A stretch of 64,000 nt of DNA, taken from contig CAXBME010000001.1 in NCBI GenBank assembly GCA_963976765.1, forward strand, positions 186,001 through 250,000. Direction: 5' to 3'. The DNA is from an uncultured Planctomycetaceae bacterium (GTDB lineage Bacteria; Planctomycetota; Planctomycetia; Planctomycetales; Planctomycetaceae). The translations under genes were made by a program, and so were the position numbers. The notes beneath the pieces were generated by a model. The model saw only the letters and a list, made by a program, of their open reading frames with translations. It searched no databases and was not told the origin of the DNA. This document shows, piece after piece, positions 47,381 through 56,681 of the stretch (its first letter is position 1; each line of letters begins with the position of its first letter).

Positions 47381-50300
47381 ATGAGTCTGCCGAACCGAAG
47401 CCTCTTTGACATTGAGACTCCAGCGCCCCGAGCGAGGGGCAATTTTGGCCTGGGGCGGTTTCTGTTTCGACGCAGCCGGGCTTCGCGTCGGCGAGGGATG
47501 AGCCGTCACACTGATCGCCAGGCTGTCGCTGCGGTGGGTGAGCGATCAGAGTGCCTTGAGAATCGGTTGATGCTGACCCAGTTTATTGTGGACACGAATC
47601 TAGATGTTGTGAACGGCTCTGATGGGCTGACGAGTCTGCGTGAAGCGATCACAGCAGCCAACAGTAATGCAGGTGCGGATACCATTGATTTTACAGGTAC
47701 CTTTGGGGCGTTCGAGCCAATCGTACTGAGCCTCGGTGAGCTGACGATTACTGAAGGGCTGACGATCAACGGTTCAACGGCGTTCAGTCTTTCAGTGGAG
47801 GTCGATGGGGATGATCTTTCTCGCGTCTTCAACATTGATACGACGGATGCTGTGACTTTCATCGGGGTCGATGTCACCGGCGGGGCTGCAGTTGACGGGG
47901 CAGGCATCTTCAACAACGGCAGTGATCTGACTTATCAGTTCGGAATGATTTCGAATAACAATGCGACTGGAAGCGGCGGCGGAATCTTTAATGCGGCAGG
48001 AACGGTTTCGATCGAGCAGTCGAACATTAACGACAACACCGCTGTCCGAGCTGGCGGTGGAATCGAAGATCAGTCGAATGACGCCAACGCAATTACATTC
48101 ACCAACGGCAATTTGAATGGCAACTCCGCTACAGGTGGTGTCGCCGGGCCGGGTAACGGTGGCGGCCTGCATGTGACCGGTTCGGGGAACGTGACGATCA
48201 CAAATGTCAGCGTCACGGGTAACACAGCCGCCAGCGAAGGTGGCGGGCTGTGGAACGGCACTGGCACGATGACGATCAGCGATACGTCGGGGAACGTGCT
48301 GATCGACGGTAACACGGCCAGTGGTAATGACGCCAATAACGGCGGCGGCGGTATCTTCAATGCTGGCGGAACGGTGCTGATTCAGGACAACGACCCCACC
48401 AACACGATCACGATTTCCAACAACATCGCAGACGGAACATCAGGCAGTGGCGGCGGAATCCTGAACGACGCTGGCGGAACGCTGACGGTCACCGGAGCGA
48501 CGATCTCCGGGAACGCGGCCAACCGTGCGGGCGGCGGGATCGAGAGCACGGCGGGAACGACCAACACACTCACCAGCGTCACGTTGATTGATAACGTTGC
48601 CGGCCGGGCGGGCTCGGCGTCGCCCGGCAACGGTGGTGGACTGCATATCACAGGTAACGGCAATGCTGACATCATGGGAGGGTCAGTGACCGGGAACTTC
48701 GCAGCCTCCGAAGGCGGTGGCTTGTGGAACGGTACCGGGACAATGACCATCGACGGGACGATGATCACCGGCAATGCCGCGGCGGGTAATGGCGCCGATC
48801 AGGGCGGCGGCGGCGTGTTCAATGCAGGCGGTACGCTCGACATCGACAACGCCACGATCAGCAACAACCTGGCCGCAGCGGCGATCACGTTCTCGCTGGA
48901 TGGGAATCAGGTAGTGCCTCCGGTCTCGACCTCGGCTTCTGGCAGCGCGATTGCACAGCTCGATCCGGCGACCGGCACGTTCCGACTGGATCTGTTCGTG
49001 ACAGGAATGGAACTGCCGACAAATCCGGGTGGTCTTCCAGATTTGACGATGGCCAACGTCCATCTGGGGGCTGCTGGAGTCAATGGCCCGGTGATTTTCG
49101 ACCTGCTGGCCCTCGGTTCGTTCGTCCAGGAGGACAATGGACTTCGTTTGATACTGGACGGCGAAGTGTTTCCTGAGGACAGTCTGGCCGATCTTCTGGC
49201 TGGGAACACGTATGTCAACATCCAAAGCGACGACAATATGTCCGGTGAGATCCGCGGCCAGATTATTGTTCCGTCCACGATGGGCAGCGGCGGCGGTATT
49301 CTGAACGACCAGGGAACGCTCACCGTCGATAACTCGACCATTGATGGCAACATCGCCAGCCGAGCTGGCGGCGGTATCGAAACGAACGTCGGCACGACAA
49401 CACTGACGAACGTGACTTTGAGTAACAACGTCGCCGGTCCCGACGGAGCGGCAACACCAGGCAACGGCGGCGGTTTGCACGTCACCGGAGCCGGCGGTGT
49501 GACGATTAATGGCGGAATGGTCACCGGAAACACAGCTGCTGCAGAAGGTGGTGGTTTGTGGAACTCAAGCACCGGCACGATGACGATTCAGGCCGGCGGT
49601 ATGGGCGGGACGCTGATCGACAGCAACACGGCCAACGGTGACGGGGCCGTTCAGGGCGGCGGCGGCATCTTCAATGTGGGCGGCACACTGTCGATCACCG
49701 ACGCAACGATCAGCAACAACGTCTCGACGGCAACGCAGGCCGGTAACGGCGGCGGCGGAATTCTGATCGAAGGCGGAGCGAACAACTCGATCACCGACAC
49801 GACGATCAGCGGCAACACGGCCAACACGTCTGGAACGGCTGACGGCGGAGGAATTCTGCTGACTGGTGGTTCGACTCTGACGATCAGCGGCGGCACGATC
49901 AGCGGCAACAGTGCCAACCGGGCTGGTGGCGGCATCGAGAACAACGCTTCGACCGTCACTTTGACGGATGTCACGCTTGGCGGAGTGATGGTTGCTGACG
50001 GTAACAACGCCGGAGTCAATGGCGGCGGTCTGCATGTCAGCGGAGCGGGCACGACGAACGTCAATGGCGGCACGGTTCAGAACAACGTCGCTGGCCAGGA
50101 AGGTGGCGGTCTGTGGAACGCGACTGGCACGATGACGATCGACGGAACGACGATCAGTGGCAACTCGGCGAACGCCGGCAACAACGGTGGAAATGATCAG
50201 GGCGGCGGCGGTGTGTTCAACATCGGCGGAACGCTGGACATCGACAACGCCACGATCACTGGCAACTTCGCCACCGTGAATGCCGGTAACGGCGGTGGCG

Positions 50301-53300
50301 TGATGACTGTCGGCGGAACGGTCACGATCGACGATTCGACGATCAGCGGAAACAGCGTGGCCCGAGCTGGCGGCGGCATCGAAAACAACAACGGTATGCT
50401 GACGCTGACCGGTGTGATTGTTGGTGGCACGATGGTGTCAGACGGCAACAGTGCTGGAGTCAACGGCGGTGGTCTGCACGTCACGGGAAGCGGAACAACG
50501 AACGTCAACGGCGGTGCCTTCGAGCTAAACACGGCAGCCCAGGAAGGCGGCGGCTTGTGGAACGGTACCGGCACGATGACCATTGACGGAGTGGCTATTC
50601 TTCAGAACGTTGCCAGCGGTAATGGCGCGGACCAGGGCGGCGGCGGCGTGTTCAACGCCGGTGGCGAGGTCATCATCCAGAACGGTACGACGATTTCCAG
50701 GAACGTGGCCAACGGCACATCGGGCAGTGGTGGCGGGATCCTGAATGACGCTGGCGGCACACTGACTGTCTCTGACAGCACGATCGAACTGAACACTGCA
50801 AATCGAGCTGGCGGCGGGATCGAAGATAATTCTGGTCAATTCTCGGTTGTTGAGCTGACGAACGTCACTCTCGACGGCAACAGTGCCGGTGTTGATATCG
50901 GTGTGGTAGTGATGGCTGCTCCCGGAAATGGCGGCGGTCTGCATGTGACTGGTGCTGGAGTCGTCAATATCTTTGACGGTACGGTCAACAATAATGTGGC
51001 GGCAGCCGAAGGCGGCGGACTGTGGAACAACACCGGGCAGATGGACGTTGTCGGTACGACGATCAGTGGTAACACAGCATTCGGTACCGGTGTCGACGAA
51101 GGTGGTGGCGGTATCTTCAACAAAGGCGGGGATTTGGATGTTCAGTCGGCAACGCTCAGCGGCAACACTGCGACCAGCGGATTTGGTGCTGCAATCTTCA
51201 ACGAAGGCGGAACGGTCGCCATCGGCATGACGACGCTTGACGGCGACGTTGCTGGCGGTGACCTGACCGACGACACGTTCGATATTTTCGAAACCAGCGT
51301 CACGATCATCAGTCAGGGAGGTTCTGACACGACGATCGTCTCCGGTGACGCCACCGATGATTCGTTCGTCGTCACGCCAGACACGGCTGGTCTGGGCGCC
51401 ACAGTGACGGTTCAGAACGGCTCGGCCTTCACCATCAACACCGATTCGGAAACGCTGAATCTGCTCGGCGATATCGGCGACGATGATTTTACCGTCGATT
51501 TCGGCAACGCAGTGACGCTGGGTACGGTCACGAATCTCTCCATTGGTGGTGCAGGTGAAACTTCAGCCGACTCGCTGACACTCACAGGCACTGGCTCGTT
51601 TGTGGATGTCACGCAGACGACGACTACGGCAGTCGACGGAAGCTTCAGTCTTAACACTGATAAGATCGTGGTCGACTACAGCAGCATCGAAAGCATCATC
51701 AACAATCTGCTGGAAGGGCTGAGCCTGGCTCAGACTCCAGATCAGGTGATCGGTGCTGGAGCTGGCTCGGTAGATATTCTGATTGCGTCGAGCACGGACG
51801 ATAGTGAGATTCCGGTTCTGACCGTCGGGGCACTGCCAGACTACGCTTCATTCGTTGATAACGGCAACGGGACCGGAGTTCTGACACTGAATCCGGCAAC
51901 CGGCGATGCCTCGACGAATGCAGACATCACGGTCACGGCAACAATCGCCGGCCTGTCTGCTTCGGACACGTTCAACGTGGCTGTCGTCAGCCCGGCTCAG
52001 GCATTCCCGAATAACACGATTTTTGCCGTTAACTCAGCTGGTGGTGCCGTCGGCAACTTCTCGTCCGACAGCAACTTCAACACCGGTTCGACGTTCAGCA
52101 CCGGGGCAGCGATTGATGTCAGCGATTCATCGATCCCCAGCGGTACACCCGCAGGAATCTTCAAGACGACACGTTTTGACTTCAACGGCGGCTCAGAACT
52201 TCAGTACGCCTTCCCGACCGGTGTCGGTAATTTCGAAGTGACTCTGTTCTTTGCCGAAATCTACTCGCCAGTGTTCCGTGCAGGTGGTCGAGTCTTCGAC
52301 GTCAGCATTGAAGGTGTGCTGGAACTTGACGACTTCGATGTCTTCGCTCAGGCCGGAGCCGGCAACAAGGGGATCGCCCGAACCTTCCAGGTCGTCTCGG
52401 ACGGCACGCTTAACATTGACTTCGGACACGTTGTCGAAAACCCAATGGTCATGGGAATTCAGATCGTTGATCTGAATCCGGTTGCCAACGCAGGGCCTCA
52501 GGTTGCATCGGTAGCTCCTGTGGTCAACCTGCTGTCAGGCAATTCGACCACGATCGACGTCAGTGCGACAGACCTGGAAGGTGATTCGATCGCGTTGTCG
52601 GTCACCGGTCTGCCAGAGTTCGCCTCGTTCGTGGACAATGGCAACGGAACAGGAACGATCACAGTTTCGTCGGCTGCGACTGACGAAGGCTTGTTTGGTG
52701 TCACGGTGCAGGCGACATCCGGCACACCAGCTTTGACCGACTCAGCCTCGTTCACGCTGAGTGTCGCACCGTTCGTTCCTCAGCCACTTCCACAGGAAGT
52801 GATCAACATCAACGCTGGCGGCCCGGCACTGCCCGGCGATCCTGGATTCGTGCGGGATGACAACTTCCAGAACGGAGTCGGGCTCGACTTCGGCACGGGA
52901 GCAACGATCGATACCAGCGATGCTTCGATTCCATCGGGAACTCCGGCACAGCTTTTCAATACGGTGACCTTCGATCGTGCTGGCGGAGCGGAACTTCAAC
53001 TCGACATTCCGACTCAGCACACGGGGATTGCTTACGAAGTGACCTTGTACTTTGTCGAAATCTACGGGCCGACCGCTCGTACCGGTGCCCGCGTCTTTGA
53101 TGTCAGCATTGATGGACAGCTTGTCCTGGACAACTTCGACGTCTTCGCCGCCGCCGGGGCGATCAATCGAGGGATCGCCAGAACCTTCCAGATTACGAGC
53201 GATGGAAATGTCGACATCGACTTCGGACACGTGACTGAGAACCCAGCACTCGCTGGTGTCTCGGTCCGTCAGATCGATCAGGTCTTCTCGTCAGCTCCGT

Positions 53301-53302
53301 AA
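47381..53302 (+). CDS. Large (1973 aa) extracellular protein: LExRxLL leader, CSLREA-like cap, 6 beta-helix repeats, inserted CHRD domain, 2x (Ig-like + malectin)
   Basis: ECLENRLML; TSLREAI; NGGGLH(V/I) x6; CHRD signature (QVVPPV.TSASG...H.G.AG.NGPV...YVNI...GEIRGQ); malectin signature (L.F.EIY...RVFDVSI.G...FDV) x2. Confidence 0.92.
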   Translation: MSLPNRSLFDIETPAPRARGNFGLGRFLFRRSRASRRRGMSRHTDRQAVAAVGERSECLENRLMLTQFIVDTNLDVVNGSDGLTSLREAITAANSNAGADTIDFTGTFGAFEPIVLSLGELTITEGLTINGSTAFSLSVEVDGDDLSRVFNIDTTDAVTFIGVDVTGGAAVDGAGIFNNGSDLTYQFGMISNNNATGSGGGIFNAAGTVSIEQSNINDNTAVRAGGGIEDQSNDANAITFTNGNLNGNSATGGVAGPGNGGGLHVTGSGNVTITNVSVTGNTAASEGGGLWNGTGTMTISDTSGNVLIDGNTASGNDANNGGGGIFNAGGTVLIQDNDPTNTITISNNIADGTSGSGGGILNDAGGTLTVTGATISGNAANRAGGGIESTAGTTNTLTSVTLIDNVAGRAGSASPGNGGGLHITGNGNADIMGGSVTGNFAASEGGGLWNGTGTMTIDGTMITGNAAAGNGADQGGGGVFNAGGTLDIDNATISNNLAAAAITFSLDGNQVVPPVSTSASGSAIAQLDPATGTFRLDLFVTGMELPTNPGGLPDLTMANVHLGAAGVNGPVIFDLLALGSFVQEDNGLRLILDGEVFPEDSLADLLAGNTYVNIQSDDNMSGEIRGQIIVPSTMGSGGGILNDQGTLTVDNSTIDGNIASRAGGGIETNVGTTTLTNVTLSNNVAGPDGAATPGNGGGLHVTGAGGVTINGGMVTGNTAAAEGGGLWNSSTGTMTIQAGGMGGTLIDSNTANGDGAVQGGGGIFNVGGTLSITDATISNNVSTATQAGNGGGGILIEGGANNSITDTTISGNTANTSGTADGGGILLTGGSTLTISGGTISGNSANRAGGGIENNASTVTLTDVTLGGVMVADGNNAGVNGGGLHVSGAGTTNVNGGTVQNNVAGQEGGGLWNATGTMTIDGTTISGNSANAGNNGGNDQGGGGVFNIGGTLDIDNATITGNFATVNAGNGGGVMTVGGTVTIDDSTISGNSVARAGGGIENNNGMLTLTGVIVGGTMVSDGNSAGVNGGGLHVTGSGTTNVNGGAFELNTAAQEGGGLWNGTGTMTIDGVAILQNVASGNGADQGGGGVFNAGGEVIIQNGTTISRNVANGTSGSGGGILNDAGGTLTVSDSTIELNTANRAGGGIEDNSGQFSVVELTNVTLDGNSAGVDIGVVVMAAPGNGGGLHVTGAGVVNIFDGTVNNNVAAAEGGGLWNNTGQMDVVGTTISGNTAFGTGVDEGGGGIFNKGGDLDVQSATLSGNTATSGFGAAIFNEGGTVAIGMTTLDGDVAGGDLTDDTFDIFETSVTIISQGGSDTTIVSGDATDDSFVVTPDTAGLGATVTVQNGSAFTINTDSETLNLLGDIGDDDFTVDFGNAVTLGTVTNLSIGGAGETSADSLTLTGTGSFVDVTQTTTTAVDGSFSLNTDKIVVDYSSIESIINNLLEGLSLAQTPDQVIGAGAGSVDILIASSTDDSEIPVLTVGALPDYASFVDNGNGTGVLTLNPATGDASTNADITVTATIAGLSASDTFNVAVVSPAQAFPNNTIFAVNSAGGAVGNFSSDSNFNTGSTFSTGAAIDVSDSSIPSGTPAGIFKTTRFDFNGGSELQYAFPTGVGNFEVTLFFAEIYSPVFRAGGRVFDVSIEGVLELDDFDVFAQAGAGNKGIARTFQVVSDGTLNIDFGHVVENPMVMGIQIVDLNPVANAGPQVASVAPVVNLLSGNSTTIDVSATDLEGDSIALSVTGLPEFASFVDNGNGTGTITVSSAATDEGLFGVTVQATSGTPALTDSASFTLSVAPFVPQPLPQEVININAGGPALPGDPGFVRDDNFQNGVGLDFGTGATIDTSDASIPSGTPAQLFNTVTFDRAGGAELQLDIPTQHTGIAYEVTLYFVEIYGPTARTGARVFDVSIDGQLVLDNFDVFAAAGAINRGIARTFQITSDGNVDIDFGHVTENPALAGVSVRQIDQVFSSAP

Positions 53303-53366
53303 TGGGCAGCAAAGAGGCTCGGTAAAAGTTACCGCCACGCTGGCAGGAGCCTCAGGTGATTTGCAG

Positions 53367-53404
53367 AAGGGGGTGTCTTTCAAAAGACGCCCCCTTTTTT
53401 ATTT
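53367..53404 (+). terminator. Intrinsic terminator
   Basis: aagggggtgtcttt / aaagacgccccctt stem followed by a T-run. Confidence 0.85.
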
Positions 53405-53469
53405 GTGCGTGCCCCGGCCGAAAACGTGATACGGGCGAAAACGTGACACGAGGGCGAGCACGTTCCGAT

Positions 53470-56400
53470 TCACGCGTCCTTCAATCGCTCGTCGCGCAGA
53501 CGGAGCACGGCTTCTTTGGTGAAGTCCTGGCTGTCGAACACCAACTGCGTGACGCGTTTGCCTTTGCTTTTCCGTTTTGCCGACCGAATCGCCTTCGTCG
53601 CGTTGATGAAACGTGTGCGACCATCGCTACTGCGGATAATCAACAGTGTTTCCGGCATGCCCTTCGCCGTCCAGTATTCCTCGTAGTGCTTTTTCATCGG
53701 GAATTTTTCGATTCCACTCTTCAGCACTTTGAGGTGTGAGTCACCAGACTTCAGTTGAACGCGGTACGCGACTCCGGTCGCTTTGGCATTGTCATTGCGA
53801 AACTCGATCTCGCCGTCCACTCCTTCGTCGGGTTCCGACACAATCCGATAAATCTGCCCGACAGAGGCGACCAGACTCATAACCTCTCCCACCATCTGTT
53901 GTTCCATCGACGCGTTTGAAATCCGCTCGCTCGCATTTCGCTTTGCTTCATTAACGCTCTGCACGGCTCTGGCACTCATCTGTCGTTCGAGAGCATCCTT
54001 CAGATTCATCATCCCCGGCTCTTTGTCGGGAGGACAGAATCCACAGCGAAGCTTTGGCCAGCCATTTTCAATCGCATGGTCAACCTGCTCGCGGGGCGCC
54101 TCGCGTTTGCACTTCGGACAAAAGTAGTCGCGCAACCGTTGCAGTCCGTCGGCCTTTCGTTCCAGGTGCTCCCATGCGAATTTGTGGATTGTGGCCTGCA
54201 CGTCTTGAGACATCTTCGCGTCGAAGTACAGTTCCAGCTCTCCGCGGTCGCCCTCTTCGACCAGCGTCAGCGCCGCCAGTCGGCCCTCGTGAGTCTTGAA
54301 ATCCACGCCGCGTCGATACAGCCTCGGTTCCGAAGTGAACAACCCGCTGTAGTACAGGCGGACGACCAGCGTGCAGTAGATCTCTTCCAGCGGTCCGGTG
54401 AAGCGGAAGGTCACTGTTTTGCCGGGACGAGGCGGAGCTTCCTCTCGCGGGAGCAGCGCGTAGTACGGAAACACCAGCATCGTGCCTTCGTTGGTCTCCT
54501 GCTTCCACGCCAGTGCCCGGCGCAGGAACAATTCGACCAGTGCGGGCAGCAGTTGTTCCTCATCTTCGTGGCTCAGCCGGTCCGTCCCGTCGTCGTTCGG
54601 CAGCTTTCCGGGGGCGATCATCGACATCGGGATGTAGCCGAGCTGATTGTCGGCTTCGGCTGCCAGCTTCACGAGCGTGGACGCGTAGCTGTTGATCCAG
54701 CTCGGCTGCAGAACGACCAGCCTGCCATACGGCAGTTGATACAGCACGCCCTCGGTCCCCAGCAGGTTGGTCACGGCGAGCAGATCGTCTTCCGTAAACT
54801 TCAACTTTGGTGAGGTCTTTTTCACACGGGCCAGCAGTTGCTCAGGCGTTACGATCACGCCACCATCATCTGTCGCGTCATCGCGTAGCGAAAGAATTGC
54901 GTCCTTCAGAGGCGGAAAGGTCTCGGGCGTGCTCCGCCACTCGATGTTTTCCCAGGGCAACAGCTTCGCGATCAACTCACGCAGTTCTTTCACGCCGTTT
55001 TTTGTTTTGAGCTTTGCTTTGGTGATCAGTGGGCCGTGCATTCCTCGTTTTCGAGCCCATTGTTCGACCTCGCCGAGTGTCAACCGCAGGCCCTTCCGGT
55101 CGCAGCGAGCGGCCACCAGAACTCCCTGAACGATCTCTGCGGTGGCCACCTTGCTCAACGCACTCTGCCAGTAACTCACCGTATCAAACAGGTCCTTGTC
55201 CTGCGGATCAAAGACCAGCAAAGCCAGCGAGGTCTGCTCCATGAAAAGCTGATGAGTCAGTCGGTAATCCGGTTGCCCGGCCAGATCCCAGAGCCAGACT
55301 TCGTGTTCGACTTCGGAATCTTCCAGGTCGGATTTCGGCAGGTCCGACAGTCGCTGGATCTCCATTCCGTGAGTCGACTCGGTTTTTTTCCAGCGATCGT
55401 GCCACAGCCGCAGCGCCAGCCCGCTCTTACCCACGCCGGAATCGCCGAGCAGGACGACCTTGGCATTCTTGTAGCCGCGTTTCCGCGACGTCGCCGCCCG
55501 GTCGAGGATCGCCTGGGGAATATCCCAGACGCGGAGAGTATTGCCTTGCCAGTCGACGGAGGCGATGCGGCGGGCGTCAGGAGTGATGGCAACGCCGAGG
55601 ACGTCGTTTGTGTGTCCGCGAAGGATGGCGAGGCACTGGCCGGTCTCCACGCCCCAGAGGCGAACGGTCCTGTCGCCCGACCCGGAAACGCAGAATCGAC
55701 CGTCCGGTGTCACTGCTACGGCGTAGACATCACGACTGTGCCCTTCGAAGGCGGCGACGCGGTTGCCACTTTCGAGATCCCATTGCGCAACCACGCCATC
55801 TTCTGTGCCGGCGAAGGCAAAGCGACCGTTGGCTGTTACGCTGATCTGGCAAGCATCCGACACGTTTTCCTTGGCGATGATGAGTGAAGCGCGGCCTTTT
55901 CCGGACCAGACCACGAGGCCCTCATTGCGGCAGGCCCCGACGATCCGCGAGCCATCGGCGTCAGCGGCAAGACCGTAGCTTTCGGACCAGTTGAACGGCA
56001 ATTGGCAGCTGGCGATGCATGTGTCGTCAGACGCGGCACTAGTATCGTTCCCCTGCCACCGCTGAAGCTTGCGGACATCCCAGCGTCGTAGAAACTCGTC
56101 CGTCCCGATGCTGTGGAGTTCCAACCGATCCTGTCCCTGAGTCTGACGCTGGCGTTCGCCATCTCCGCTGAAGGCCAGACTTCCAACATCCGTTTTGCGC
56201 GAATGAGCCTGTACGATCGTGATGATCGCGTTCGAATCTGGACAAGAATCCGTGTCACCTAGCTTCGGAGGAGCGGTCGCGGCCGACTGCGGGTCCAGCA
56301 ACAGCATCCGGCCCAATCGATCGCCCGCCGCCGCCAACAAGCCATCCGCCGATACGGCCACTCCCCAGAACGCCGTACCATCTTCGGATTTCGCGAGGAC

Positions 56401-56619
56401 CACGCCCGTGTCGACTTCAGCGCCCTGTTCCGACACCAGATCCCACTTCCGAACCGTCCCGTCTTCGCTGGTCGTGAGTGCAAAACGCCCATCCGCTGGC
56501 ATCGCCACGCGCCAGACCCAGTTTTCATGCCCTTTAAACACCCGGACCCGCACGTCCTTTTCCGTGGCGGGTTCCGGCGTTGCTGCCTGGGCTTTGTTGC
56601 TCGATTTCTTCGTGACCAT
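53470..56619 (-). CDS. Roco protein: WD40 repeats - Roc GTPase - COR - Zn ribbon - DUF4365 (restriction-endonuclease-like) domain
   Basis: GH...WD repeats; G1 GDSGVGKS, G2 STHG, G3 WDLAGQ, G4-like ARCD; CPKC/CGFC; DEGVDGEIE...VQLKSG. Confidence 0.88.
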   Translation of the reverse strand: MVTKKSSNKAQAATPEPATEKDVRVRVFKGHENWVWRVAMPADGRFALTTSEDGTVRKWDLVSEQGAEVDTGVVLAKSEDGTAFWGVAVSADGLLAAAGDRLGRMLLLDPQSAATAPPKLGDTDSCPDSNAIITIVQAHSRKTDVGSLAFSGDGERQRQTQGQDRLELHSIGTDEFLRRWDVRKLQRWQGNDTSAASDDTCIASCQLPFNWSESYGLAADADGSRIVGACRNEGLVVWSGKGRASLIIAKENVSDACQISVTANGRFAFAGTEDGVVAQWDLESGNRVAAFEGHSRDVYAVAVTPDGRFCVSGSGDRTVRLWGVETGQCLAILRGHTNDVLGVAITPDARRIASVDWQGNTLRVWDIPQAILDRAATSRKRGYKNAKVVLLGDSGVGKSGLALRLWHDRWKKTESTHGMEIQRLSDLPKSDLEDSEVEHEVWLWDLAGQPDYRLTHQLFMEQTSLALLVFDPQDKDLFDTVSYWQSALSKVATAEIVQGVLVAARCDRKGLRLTLGEVEQWARKRGMHGPLITKAKLKTKNGVKELRELIAKLLPWENIEWRSTPETFPPLKDAILSLRDDATDDGGVIVTPEQLLARVKKTSPKLKFTEDDLLAVTNLLGTEGVLYQLPYGRLVVLQPSWINSYASTLVKLAAEADNQLGYIPMSMIAPGKLPNDDGTDRLSHEDEEQLLPALVELFLRRALAWKQETNEGTMLVFPYYALLPREEAPPRPGKTVTFRFTGPLEEIYCTLVVRLYYSGLFTSEPRLYRRGVDFKTHEGRLAALTLVEEGDRGELELYFDAKMSQDVQATIHKFAWEHLERKADGLQRLRDYFCPKCKREAPREQVDHAIENGWPKLRCGFCPPDKEPGMMNLKDALERQMSARAVQSVNEAKRNASERISNASMEQQMVGEVMSLVASVGQIYRIVSEPDEGVDGEIEFRNDNAKATGVAYRVQLKSGDSHLKVLKSGIEKFPMKKHYEEYWTAKGMPETLLIIRSSDGRTRFINATKAIRSAKRKSKGKRVTQLVFDSQDFTKEAVLRLRDERLKDA

Positions 56620-56681
56620 GGCCCATGACTCTTACTGAAAACCGGAAACGAACGACCGCCAACGAAAGACCGACTGAGCCA

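Noticed and set aside
48000..51200. Near-identical DNA segments suggesting a DGR template/variable repeat
   Set aside because: In-frame beta-helix repeats; no reverse transcriptase in the window and no adenine-specific mismatch pattern noticed.
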